NCBI RefSeq assembly: GCF_000406145.1
Contig: NZ_CM001976.1
Span: 1,555,315-1,587,314 of the forward strand
Length of the DNA stretch: 32,000 nt
Source of the DNA: Dickeya dadantii NCPPB 898
GTDB taxonomy: Bacteria > Pseudomonadota > Gammaproteobacteria > Enterobacterales > Enterobacteriaceae
Direction of reading: 5' to 3'
In this document: one piece after another, positions 1 to 8,214 of the stretch
Layout: the number at the start of each line of letters is the position of its first letter
How positions within the stretch are numbered: the first letter of the stretch is position 1
Notes under the pieces: generated by a model
The model's database searches: none
The model's input: the letters and a program-made list of their open reading frames with translations, nothing else
Told to the model about the DNA's origin: nothing
Program-made: the position numbers and the translations under genes

Positions 1-1645
1 GCAGCGCCAGCAGCAGGATGAAAATCAGCGGCGTATTAAGGCGGGTTTGCAGGTGGTCGCCGGGGAAGACGCCCAGTCCCGCGGCCATCATGACTTCCGG
101 GGTGTGCGCCAGGTCCGCCGCGATACGGGTCATCACCGGTACCACCACGCTGGCGCCGACGCCGAGCAGCACGCACAGCAACGCCAGCAGTAACATGGCG
201 AGCGTCATCGGCCAGGGGACTTCGCGGGCGTGAGCGGCTTTCTCGCTACGTGGCGCGCCGCAGAAACTGATGCCGTACACCTTGACGAAACACATCGCCG
301 CCAGCGCGCCGGTGATCGCCAGCATCACGATGGCGATCGGCGCGGCCAGCCGCAGGCCGATGCTGCCGTCATGGCTGAGGGTGAACAGCGACTGGTAGGT
401 AAACCATTCGCTGACGAAACCGTTGAGCGGCGGCAGGGCGGAGATCGCCATACACCCGACCAGAAACGCCAGCGCGGTACGCGGCATCAGCCGTGACAGT
501 CCGCCCATTTTTTCCATGTCTTTGGTGTGGACGCGGTAGATCACCGCGCCGGCGCCGAGAAACAGCAACCCCTTGAACACCGCGTGGTTGAGCAGGTGAT
601 ACAGCCCGCCCAGCAGGCCGAGCAGCGCCAGCAGCGGATGATGGGTGGCGATGCCGATCATGCCGACGCCGACCCCCATCAGAATGATGCCGATGTTCTC
701 CACCGTGTGGTACGCCAGCAGGCGTTTGATGTCGTGCTCGGCCAGCGCGTACAGCACCCCCAGCACCGACGACACCGCGCCGAACGCCAGCACCACCACG
801 CCCCACCAGGTTTCGGTGGCGCCCAGCAAATCAACACCGACTTTGATGATGCCGAATACGCCGATCTTCACCATCACGCCCGACATCAGCGCCGAGGCGT
901 GCGACGGCGCGGCCGGGTGCGCGCGGGGCAGCCAGCCGTGCAACGGCAGCATCCCGGCTTTGGCGCCGAAGCCGAAGAACGCCAGCAGGAACACCACCGA
1001 GGCCTGCGGTGCCGACAACCCGGCGTGGCGGAAATCGACGAAGTCGAGGCTGCTGCTGTGGCGATAGAGCAGGAAGAAGGCAATCATGATCAGCACCGAA
1101 CCGGCATGGGCGATCAGGAAATACAGCAGCCCGGCACCGACCGCCTCTTCATCCTGATCGGCGATGACCAGGAAGTAGGAGCTGAGCGACATCACTTCGA
1201 ACAACACAATGAAGTAGAAGGCGTTGTCCACCACCACCAGCGCCACCATAGAGGCGACAAACAGGTTCATGAAGAACCCCATCGCCCAGGCGCCGCGCCC
1301 GCGGTACTCCTCCAGATAAGCCAGTGAATACAGGGCGGATACCGCCACCAGCAGCGAAATCACCAGCGTCATGAACGCGGCCAGGGTATCGAAGCGCAGC
1401 GTCAGGTGTGCGAAGGCGTCAAACGGCCCGTCGAACACGGCGGTCAGCACGCCGCCGCCGAGCAGGACGGGAGCCGCCGCCAGCGCACCGGCGCAGCCGC
1501 CCGCCAGCGCGCACAGCCCGCTCAGGCGAATCGCCAGCGATTCCCGGCGGCACAGACATAACGAAAGCAGCGCGCCGGCCAGATACAGCGCTAGCGACAG
1601 GCCCAGCCATTGCAGTGGCGTGAACAATTGCAGTGGCGTCATCAT
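1..1645 (-). CDS. hyfB: Hydrogenase-4 / formate hydrogenlyase membrane subunit (NuoL-like, HyfB-type); 5' end complete, 3' end runs off the window
   Basis: Absent from the ORF track because no stop codon lies in the window. My manual minus-strand translation from the ATG at 1645 stays open to position 1: MMTPLQLFTPLQWLGLSLALYLAG...MGFFMNLFVASMVALVVVDNAFYFIVLFEVMSLSSYFLVIA...FGFGAKAGMLPLHGWLPRAHPAAPSHASALMSGVMVKIG...LLAYHTVENIGIIL. These blocks match my recollection of E. coli HyfB better than HycC. There is an ATGA start/stop overlap with hyfA (1642-1645). Plus-strand ORFs here are antisense artefacts. Confidence 0.85.
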   Translation of the reverse strand, partial: MMTPLQLFTPLQWLGLSLALYLAGALLSLCLCRRESLAIRLSGLCALAGGCAGALAAAPVLLGGGVLTAVFDGPFDAFAHLTLRFDTLAAFMTLVISLLVAVSALYSLAYLEEYRGRGAWAMGFFMNLFVASMVALVVVDNAFYFIVLFEVMSLSSYFLVIADQDEEAVGAGLLYFLIAHAGSVLIMIAFFLLYRHSSSLDFVDFRHAGLSAPQASVVFLLAFFGFGAKAGMLPLHGWLPRAHPAAPSHASALMSGVMVKIGVFGIIKVGVDLLGATETWWGVVVLAFGAVSSVLGVLYALAEHDIKRLLAYHTVENIGIILMGVGVGMIGIATHHPLLALLGLLGGLYHLLNHAVFKGLLFLGAGAVIYRVHTKDMEKMGGLSRLMPRTALAFLVGCMAISALPPLNGFVSEWFTYQSLFTLSHDGSIGLRLAAPIAIVMLAITGALAAMCFVKVYGISFCGAPRSEKAAHAREVPWPMTLAMLLLALLCVLLGVGASVVVPVMTRIAADLAHTPEVMMAAGLGVFPGDHLQTRLNTPLIFILLLAL

Positions 1646-2268
1646 AGTGTTTGCTCCCTGTCAGTCCCGGTGGAGGAAAAAGGGATGTTGCCTTCGGGCC
1701 ATTCCGCCGCCTGACGGCGTTTGGCGGCGATAGCGTCGTCCAGCGCGGCGTCATCCACCAGATACAGCGCGTGTGTCGGGCAGACGCGCACACACTCCGG
1801 CCCCTGTTCGCGGAAATCACACAGGTCGCATTTCACCGCGATGCTGCGTACTCCGGCGTTCCACGCCAGCATCGGGTGAATCGACGGTGGACTCACCGGC
1901 ACATCGGACAGCAGCGATAGCGGGATGTGGTGATCAAACGTGGCAGGCGTTGCCAGCGGCGTGCTGCCGGATGGCGTGATGGCGCCGAACGGGCAGGCGA
2001 TGGCGCACAGTTTGCAGCCGATACAGGTGTTTTCATCCAGCAACACGGCATTATCCTGATGCCTGATGGCGTTGACCGGGCACACTCTGGCGCAGGGCGC
2101 ATCCTCACAGTGACGGCATAACACTGGTGCGGTGCCGTTGGCATCACGCTCGACCGTCAGCCTCGGATGAGACTGCAGGCCCTGCTGGCGATGCACCTGC
2201 GTACAGGCCGCCATGCAAGTGTTGCATCCGATACAACGCGTTGGCTCCGCAATGACGAAGCGGTTCAT
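1642..2268 (-). CDS. hyfA: 4Fe-4S ferredoxin-type electron-transfer subunit of hydrogenase-4 / formate hydrogenlyase (HyfA/HycB family)
   Basis: ORF 1642..2322. From the third Met it reads MNRFVIAEPTRCIGCNTCMAAC..., with four CxxCxxCxxxCP-type clusters (CIGCNTCMAAC, CRHCEDAPCARVCP, CIGCKLCAIACP, CDLCDF..CVRVCP). A GGAGG lies 9 nt before the ATG at 2268. The 18 codons upstream overlap the predicted promoter, so I use 2268 as the start. Confidence 0.85.
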   Translation of the reverse strand: MNRFVIAEPTRCIGCNTCMAACTQVHRQQGLQSHPRLTVERDANGTAPVLCRHCEDAPCARVCPVNAIRHQDNAVLLDENTCIGCKLCAIACPFGAITPSGSTPLATPATFDHHIPLSLLSDVPVSPPSIHPMLAWNAGVRSIAVKCDLCDFREQGPECVRVCPTHALYLVDDAALDDAIAAKRRQAAEWPEGNIPFSSTGTDREQTL

Positions 2269-2310
2269 AGCCATACCCTCCGGGGTGATAGAAATGTTTC
2301 CTGCGCCGGA

Positions 2311-2326
2311 AGCATATTCCATGCCA
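2311..2326 (-). promoter_or_regulatory. Sigma-54 (-24/-12) promoter candidate for hyfA-hyfB
   Basis: The minus strand reads TGGCAT-GGAAT-ATGCT, which has the GG-N10-GC spacing of the TGGCAC-N5-TTGCW consensus. It lies about 45 nt upstream of the hyfA ATG at 2268. Formate hydrogenlyase operons are classically sigma-54 / FhlA(HyfR) dependent. Confidence 0.6.
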
Positions 2327-2410
2327 TAAGAAAAACAGTGGAGAGATAGCTTTTAAAATCAGCTAGTTAGATAGGGGTGCTCAATCGGTGGCCGCCAGCC
2401 GAACCTGCCG

Positions 2411-2509
2411 CTCGACATTAGTGACGACGTTTTGCCGCCGGTTTTTACCCGATTGTCGTCACCGTCGACAGCGTCGGGTGAAGGGAAAAGCTCGACACTT
2501 TTGACGAGC
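2411..2509. promoter_or_regulatory. Cluster of three repeated TCGAC(A)...TGACGA elements; candidate enhancer-binding-protein (FhlA/HyfR-type) upstream activating sequence
   Basis: The three copies are CTCGACATTAGTGACGACG (2411-2429), CTCGACACTTTTGACGAGC (2491-2509), and TGTCGTCACCGTCGACA (2454-2470), which carries the same half-sites inverted with shorter spacing. The cluster sits about 90-200 bp from both sigma-54 promoters, the usual distance for a bEBP UAS. Confidence 0.5.
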
Positions 2510-2602
2510 ACCGCCGGTTTTTTAAGGTACAACGATAGTTAGTTACAACATACTATTAGCCTGTCAACCCCTGGCTCGCGGGTTGGGCGGGATCATGTCG
2601 GC

Positions 2603-2618
2603 TGGCATCAAATTTGCT
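2603..2618 (+). promoter_or_regulatory. Sigma-54 (-24/-12) promoter candidate for hypC
   Basis: TGGCAT-CAAAT-TTGCT matches TGGCAC-N5-TTGCW at all key positions. It lies 50 nt upstream of the hypC ATG at 2668. Confidence 0.65.
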
Positions 2619-2667
2619 TAAGCTGTCGGGTAGAAACGGTGTGACTTCAAATAACAGGGTGGGCGTT

Positions 2668-2943
2668 ATGTGTCTGGGAATTCCGGGGCAGGTGGTGGAA
2701 TGGGCGTCGGCGGATCATCAACTGGCGTGGGTGGATGTGTGCGGCGTGCGGCGCGAAGTCAATGTGGCGCTGGTGCTGGACGACGGGCAGCCGTCATCGC
2801 TGATCGGCCAGTGGGTGCTGGTGCACGTCGGGTTTGCTATGAGCCGGCTGGACGAGCAGGAAGCGCGCGACACGCTGGAGGCGCTGCGGCAGATGGAAGA
2901 AGTCGAGTCGGATGTCGGCGTTTTTCTGGCTAAATCGGTTTGA
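2668..2943 (+). CDS. hypC: [NiFe]-hydrogenase maturation chaperone, HypC/HybG/HupF family
   Basis: The family-diagnostic N-terminus [10 protein letters not shown] (Cys2) starts at 2668, inside track ORF 2614..2943. The conserved [13 protein letters not shown]...EARDTLEAL block is present. Length is 91 aa, typical for HypC (about 90 aa). Confidence 0.9.
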   Translation: MCLGIPGQVVEWASADHQLAWVDVCGVRREVNVALVLDDGQPSSLIGQWVLVHVGFAMSRLDEQEARDTLEALRQMEEVESDVGVFLAKSV

Positions 2944-3393
2944 AGGAAAGGGAAGAGCCATAAGCTGGGCTGTTGGCAAGCAGCCCTGGCGTTCTGTTAT
3001 TGACGATTTATGCCAGAACGGTGGGGCGTTCCATGCTTGATGATGTCGGTTATCCCTTTGTAGCATCACCGCACACCCGGCAAGAAGAGGACTAAACGCC
3101 GCCTTCATGTCGTTCTCGCAGAGAAGTCTCCCACCGCAGTACAGTTTTGACGCCGGAAAAAGACTTAACAAGGTTGTCAGCTATTCCACTTAGCATCTTT
3201 TTTCCTGTTGATACTTCTAGGTGCTCGTCATTGTGCGCGCTGTGAAAAGCAACCGCAGGCTATCGTGGCACGACGGATGCCATACGGCGTTATATCTCAA
3301 AAAGTTATAAATAGTAAGTTTTCTTTATTTGTACGGAATAACAATACTTCGTATGAATAGTGATAACGAGAATGACGGACAAGGGACAAGGGC

Positions 3394-4347
3394 GTGAACT
3401 TTCAACAACTGAAGATTATCCGTGAATCGGCGCGGTGCAACTATAACCTGACCGAAGTCGCCAATACCCTGTTCACTTCCCAGTCTGGCGTAAGCCGTCA
3501 CATCCGCGAACTGGAAGAAGAACTGGGTATTGAGATTTTTATCCGCCGCGGCAAACGCCTGCTGGGCATGACGGAACCGGGCAAAGAGCTGCTGGTCATG
3601 GCCGAACGTATTCTTAACGACGCCAATCATATCCGGCGGCTGGCGAACCTGTTCAGCGACAACGACGTCGGGCAACTGGTGATCGCCACCACTCACACGC
3701 AGGCGCGCTATAGCCTGCCGGGGGTGATCAAGGAATTTCGCGCGCTCTACCCGCAGGTGCAACTGGTGCTCAATCAGGGCACGCCGGACGAAATCGTGGC
3801 GATGCTGGAATCCGGCGAGGCGGACATTGGCATCGCCACCGAGCAACTGATGAACGTGAATTCGCTGGCGGCGTTTCCTTATTACCGCTGGCATCATGTC
3901 ATTCTGGTGCCGGAAGGGCACGCGCTGGCGCAAGAGCCGGCGGTCACGCTGGATAAACTCAGCGCGGTGCCGCTGATTACTTATCGGCAGGGCATCACCG
4001 GCCGTTCCCGTATCGATCGGGCGTTCGCCGCCGCCGGCCTGACGCCGCATATTTCCATCAGCGCGCAGGACTCGGATGTGATCAAAACCTACGTCGAACT
4101 GGGGCTGGGGGTGGGCATCGTCGCCGACATGTCGTTTGACGCCACACGTGATCCCGGTCTGGTGCGGCTGGATGCGCGTCACCTGTTTGAGGCCAGCACG
4201 GTCTGGCTGGGCCTCAAGCGCGGTCAGTTGCAGCGCAACTACACCTGGAAGTTTATTCAACTGTGCAACCCGGAGCTGACGCAGGATGACATCAAAGCAC
4301 GGGTGTTCGCCGAAGACAACGAAGCAGTGATCGATTATCAGATCTGA
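3394..4347 (+). CDS. cbl: LysR-family regulator Cbl (CysB-like; sulfonate-sulfur utilisation activator)
   Basis: 317 aa with a GTG start. The sequence MNFQQLKIIRESARCNYNLTEVANTLFTSQSGVSRHIRELEEELGIEIF...TVWLGLKRGQLQRNY...IDYQI closely resembles my recollection of E. coli Cbl across its whole length and is clearly closer to Cbl than to CysB. Confidence 0.9.
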   Translation: MNFQQLKIIRESARCNYNLTEVANTLFTSQSGVSRHIRELEEELGIEIFIRRGKRLLGMTEPGKELLVMAERILNDANHIRRLANLFSDNDVGQLVIATTHTQARYSLPGVIKEFRALYPQVQLVLNQGTPDEIVAMLESGEADIGIATEQLMNVNSLAAFPYYRWHHVILVPEGHALAQEPAVTLDKLSAVPLITYRQGITGRSRIDRAFAAAGLTPHISISAQDSDVIKTYVELGLGVGIVADMSFDATRDPGLVRLDARHLFEASTVWLGLKRGQLQRNYTWKFIQLCNPELTQDDIKARVFAEDNEAVIDYQI

Positions 4348-4380
4348 CGAGCGGCGGTTCAGCCGCCTGTACCCGAGAGT

Positions 4381-4417
4381 CCGGCCGCGCGTTGTTGCTG
4401 CGCGGCCGGATTTTTTT
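4381..4417 (+). terminator. Rho-independent terminator after cbl
   Basis: A perfect 10-bp GC stem, CCGGCCGCGC (4381-4390) paired with GCGCGGCCGG (4400-4409), is followed by T7 (4411-4417). Confidence 0.85.
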
Positions 4418-4784
4418 GTGGTTTTTATCGGCGAATGGTCAGGCGGCGTACAGTGACGAAACGCATAATTATGAAAAGTCCTTCGAACGAAGCGCTTGAT
4501 CTCAGGGGGCGAGGATAGTAGCATGCCGCGGTATAACAACAGGTTATGCCTTTTTATTTTCTTTTGCGATACAAATAGTTGCGCAGTTTAAGTGAATAAC
4601 TATTTGATAGCGCACTCTGTTTTGGTGAGTCACGTTTTTGGCTGTGGGTCACGCAATTGTGTAAAAAAACAACCTTCATTTCTCCCCTTCATCTGTCGCA
4701 GTTCAGCAGTCGCTGGAATGTCCGATGGCAGTGGTTTAGCCACCGGCAAGTCGTCGCAGGGAGCACAGACAATGGATTCGTATC

Positions 4785-6101
4785 ATGAAAAAACAGAAAG
4801 TTAGCCTTGCCTGGCAAATCCTCATCGCGTTGATCATCGGTATTGCCGTTGGCGCCTGGTTGCATGAAAACCCGGCCGACAAACAATGGGTGATCGTCAA
4901 CGTCCTAAGCCCGGCCGGGGATATTTTTATCCGGTTGATTAAGATGATTGTGGTGCCGATTGTGATCACCACGCTGGTAGTGGGCATCGCCGGCGTCGGC
5001 GACGCCAAAAAGCTGGGGCGCATCGGTTTCAAAACCATCCTGTATTTTGAAGTGATTACCACGCTGGCGATTGTGATCGGCATTACGCTGGCCAATGTGT
5101 TCCAGCCGGGGCACGGCATTGACATGTCGATGCTCACCCGGGTGGATATTTCTCAATACGAGAAAACCACCGAACAGGTGCAGAGCGGTTCGCACAGTCT
5201 GGTGAGCACCATTCTGTCGCTGATTCCTCCCAACATTTTCGCCGCGCTGGCCAAGGGCGAAATGCTGCCGGTGATCTTCTTCTCGGTGCTGTTTGGTCTT
5301 GGGTTGTCGTCGCTGGCGCGCGAACAGCGTGATCCGCTGTTGAACGTGTTCCGCAGCGCATCGGAAACCATGTTCCGCGTCACCAACATGATTATGCGCT
5401 ACGCGCCGGTTGGGGTATTTGCGCTCATTTCCGTTACTGTCGCCAACTTCGGTTTCGCCTCGCTGTGGCCGCTCGCCAAGCTGGTGATTCTGGTGTACAT
5501 CGCGATTGTGTTCTTTGCGCTGGTGGTGTTGGGCGCGGTGGCGCGGCTGTGCGGGCTGCGCATCACGACGCTGATCCGCATTCTGAAGGATGAGTTGATC
5601 CTGGCTTACTCCACCGCCAGTTCGGAAACGGTACTGCCGCGTATTATCCAGAAGATGGAAGCCTATGGCGCGCCGAAAGCTATTACCAGCTTTGTGGTGC
5701 CGACCGGTTACTCGTTCAATCTGGATGGCTCCACGTTGTATCAGAGTATCGCCGCCATTTTCATCGCCCAGCTTTACGGTATCGACCTGAGTCTGGGACA
5801 GGAGTTGGTGCTGGTACTGACGTTGATGATCACCTCCAAAGGCATTGCCGGCGTGCCGGGCGTCTCCTTTGTGGTACTGCTGGCGACGCTGGGTAGCGTC
5901 GGCATTCCGCTGGAAGGGCTGGCGTTTATCGCCGGGGTGGACCGCATTCTGGATATGGCGCGCACCGCGCTTAACGTAGTAGGCAATGCGTTGGCGGTGT
6001 TGGTGGTCGCCAAATGGGAAGGGCAGTTCGACGAAGAAAAAGCGCGCGCGTACGAGCAGGAACGGGCGACGCTGGCGGCACGTCCCGCCGGTCAGGAATA
6101 A
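4785..6101 (+). CDS. gltP: Glutamate/aspartate:proton symporter (DAACS family)
   Basis: 438 aa. SLAWQIL...LSPAGDIFIRLIKMIVVPIVITTLVVGIAGVGDAKKLGRIG...SFVVPTGYSFNLDGSTLYQSIAAIFIAQLYGIDLS...AGVDRILDMARTALNVVGNALAV matches recalled E. coli GltP nearly throughout. Confidence 0.92.
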   Translation: MKKQKVSLAWQILIALIIGIAVGAWLHENPADKQWVIVNVLSPAGDIFIRLIKMIVVPIVITTLVVGIAGVGDAKKLGRIGFKTILYFEVITTLAIVIGITLANVFQPGHGIDMSMLTRVDISQYEKTTEQVQSGSHSLVSTILSLIPPNIFAALAKGEMLPVIFFSVLFGLGLSSLAREQRDPLLNVFRSASETMFRVTNMIMRYAPVGVFALISVTVANFGFASLWPLAKLVILVYIAIVFFALVVLGAVARLCGLRITTLIRILKDELILAYSTASSETVLPRIIQKMEAYGAPKAITSFVVPTGYSFNLDGSTLYQSIAAIFIAQLYGIDLSLGQELVLVLTLMITSKGIAGVPGVSFVVLLATLGSVGIPLEGLAFIAGVDRILDMARTALNVVGNALAVLVVAKWEGQFDEEKARAYEQERATLAARPAGQE

Positions 6102-6124
6102 TCCTGCCGTGTGACGTCAGACAA

Positions 6125-6147
6125 CCGGGCCTTGGCCCGGTTTTTTT
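6125..6147 (+). terminator. Rho-independent terminator after gltP
   Basis: Stem CCGGGCC (6125-6131) pairs with GGCCCGG (6134-6140) and is followed by T7 (6141-6147). Confidence 0.8.
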
Positions 6148-6322
6148 ATGGCGGCAGGCCGCCGCCTTACAGCATGTACCATCGCCCGCGGCGGTGAGGT
6201 CGTATGGAATGGTGCATACTACCGGCGAGGAGCCAGAGCAAAATCTGGCGGTCCGGGCTTTTCGGATGTGGAACAGCCGTCCACCCGATGAATGGTTCCA
6301 GGCGGATGGCGGGAGAGGTGTT

Positions 6323-7093
6323 ATGGATTTATCCGATGAAATGATTCACGACCTTAACGGTATTGCAAGCTGGCTGGCGCAGGATGATTTTCCGCAGGCG
6401 AAAACCATGAGTCCTGACCTGATGATTATCGCCGGTCATGCCATCTTACCCAATATTTTCGGCGCGCTGACACTGGCGAAGAACGCGGATATTCCGGTCT
6501 TATTGAGCGGCGGGATCGGGCATTCCACGGTGTTGTTGCAGCAGGCGGTAAAAAATAACCGCCTGACCGCCGCGATTGATTCCGCGGGTAAAAGTGAGGC
6601 GGAAATTCTCTCCCGCATCGCCATTACCGTATTCGGCATCGCTGCGGATAACCTATTCATTGAGAGCGCCTCCAGAAACTGTGGCGAAAACGCCGACTTT
6701 AGCCGGGAGTTGGTGCTTGATAAAAAAATAGCGCGCCAGGAAATTATTCTGGTGCAGGATCCCCTGATGCAACGGCGCACGACAGAAACCTTCCTGTTCA
6801 GCTGGAATAAGAAGGAAATGCACAGCCGGTTTATCAGTTGGCCGGTGTTTACCCCATCGATCATTATGATTGGCGGCGAGCCGATGATTACCGGCGGACA
6901 AATGCCGGAGGTGTGGGAAATAGAGCGTTATATCGCGATGGTTTTAGGCGAGGTGAAACGCCTGAGAGATGACCCGAACGGTTATGGCCCGTCAGGCGCC
7001 GGTTTTATTGGGCATGTGGATATACCTGACGACGTCGCACAGGCATGGCAACGACTGATGAGAAATTCGTCGCTGAGTGAGAGAGTCAGATAA
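6323..7093 (+). CDS. ydcF: DUF218-domain protein, YdcF family
   Basis: This is the in-frame ATG at 6323 within track ORF 6014..7093, preceded by GGGAGAGG. The upstream part of the ORF overlaps gltP and its terminator. The sequence MDLSDEMIHDLNGIASWLAQDDF...LLSGGIGHST...SRNCGENADFS...ILVQDPLMQRRT...LRDDPNGYGPSGAGFIGHVDIP parallels recalled E. coli YdcF (WLAQDDF, ISGGIGHST, STNCGENA, VQDPTMQRRT, LRDDSDGYGP). Confidence 0.8.
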   Translation: MDLSDEMIHDLNGIASWLAQDDFPQAKTMSPDLMIIAGHAILPNIFGALTLAKNADIPVLLSGGIGHSTVLLQQAVKNNRLTAAIDSAGKSEAEILSRIAITVFGIAADNLFIESASRNCGENADFSRELVLDKKIARQEIILVQDPLMQRRTTETFLFSWNKKEMHSRFISWPVFTPSIIMIGGEPMITGGQMPEVWEIERYIAMVLGEVKRLRDDPNGYGPSGAGFIGHVDIPDDVAQAWQRLMRNSSLSERVR

Positions 7094-7108
7094 CGGTTCT
7101 TCAATGCT

Positions 7109-7141
7109 GACAGGCCACCCCGAGATGGCCTGTCGTTTTTT
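7109..7141 (+). terminator. Rho-independent terminator after the ydcF-like gene
   Basis: Stem GACAGGCC (7109-7116) pairs with GGCCTGTC (7127-7134), followed by G and T6 (7136-7141). Confidence 0.8.
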
Positions 7142-7187
7142 AGGGTATAGTCAGCGATATTTCGGTAATACGCTCAGGAGTTATCCC

Positions 7188-8177
7188 ATGAAAATCGCGC
7201 TGGTAGGGGCAGGTAAAATAGTGCTGTCCTGTCTTGATGCATTAAAAGACATAGAGGGCATTGATATTGCGGCGTTATGCGTCCGACAGGGAAGTCTGCA
7301 AAAAGGCGAGGCATTAAAAAACCAATATAATATCCATTCGATTTATACCGATTACGATGCAATGTTGCAGGATGGCAACATTGATTTTGTTTATCTTGGG
7401 ATACCCAATCACCTGCATTTTTCCTATTCGCATAAAGCGTTGTCCGCCGGAAAGCATGTCATTTGTGAAAAGCCGTTCACGTCAAATTATGCGCAATTGC
7501 TGGAATTGGTCACGCTGGCGAAATCAACAGGGCGTTATCTTTTTGAAGCGATTACCTCGATCCATACTCCCGGTTTTAATTATCTGAAGACTCATGTCGC
7601 TGACATCGGTGAGATTAAGCTTGTACAGGCAAATTACTCGCAATATTCAAGCCGCTATAATGACTACGTCAATGGCATCGTGCATCCGGCGTTTGATCCC
7701 GCTGCATCGGGCGGCGCGCTTTACGATATCAACTTATATAACATTTATAATGTCTGCGCTTTATTTGGCGCGCCGGAAAGCGTGAGTTATCACTGTAATA
7801 AGGGACACAACGGCATTGATACGTCAGGTATTCTGGTCATGAATTACGGGGAATTTATTGCTGTTTGCACCGGCGCGAAAGATTCGGCCAGCCCGGGGTA
7901 TTTCACCGTTCAGGGGACGGCTGGTTATGTGAAAGTTACCGATATACCGAGCGTATGTAAGCATGTTGAATTTTCGCAAGCGGGAACGCTGATAAAACAT
8001 GACGACACCACGGATAAAAATCACATGATTTATGAGTTTGAGGCATTCAGGAATATTGTTAGCGCACAGGATATGCCACGGTGCCATGAATTGCTGGATA
8101 TTGCCCTGAACGTCTCTAAGGTGCTGGAGCAGGCCAGAGAATGTTGCGGTATTGATTTCCCTCTCACGCAGGAATAA
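7188..8177 (+). CDS. Gfo/Idh/MocA-family NAD(P)-dependent oxidoreductase
   Basis: In-frame ATG at 7188, preceded by AGGAG, within track ORF 7077..8177. It has the N-terminal Rossmann motif MKIALVGAGKI and the family EKP motif (HVICEKPF). Substrate is unknown. GC content is visibly lower than in neighbouring genes. Confidence 0.8.
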   Translation: MKIALVGAGKIVLSCLDALKDIEGIDIAALCVRQGSLQKGEALKNQYNIHSIYTDYDAMLQDGNIDFVYLGIPNHLHFSYSHKALSAGKHVICEKPFTSNYAQLLELVTLAKSTGRYLFEAITSIHTPGFNYLKTHVADIGEIKLVQANYSQYSSRYNDYVNGIVHPAFDPAASGGALYDINLYNIYNVCALFGAPESVSYHCNKGHNGIDTSGILVMNYGEFIAVCTGAKDSASPGYFTVQGTAGYVKVTDIPSVCKHVEFSQAGTLIKHDDTTDKNHMIYEFEAFRNIVSAQDMPRCHELLDIALNVSKVLEQARECCGIDFPLTQE

Positions 8178-8214
8178 CCCGCCGCCGGTCAGTGCGGCGA
8201 CGGGATGAGTGCAA

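Noticed and set aside
18-1733. Several plus-strand ORFs (for example 527..1327 at 266 aa and 645..1067 at 140 aa) plus short minus-strand ORFs in other frames.
   Set aside because: Their products are low-complexity and R/H/Q/A/P-rich. They lie antisense to, or out of frame with, a continuous HyfB-like membrane protein reading frame on the minus strand. They are typical shadow ORFs in GC-rich coding DNA.
2381-2398. A second sigma-54-like string on the minus strand (TGGCGGCCACCGATTGA).
   Set aside because: The GG-to-(T)TGA spacing is 2 nt too long and the -12 GC is missing. The element at 2311-2326 fits far better.
3325-4539. A 404-aa minus-strand ORF.
   Set aside because: It lies entirely antisense to the well-supported cbl gene. 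The product is R/Q/H-rich with no recognisable motifs.
6014-6322. The 5' extension of the ydcF-like ORF (track start 6014).
   Set aside because: It overlaps the gltP 3' end and runs through the gltP terminator. YdcF-like similarity begins only at the ATG at 6323, which has its own RBS.
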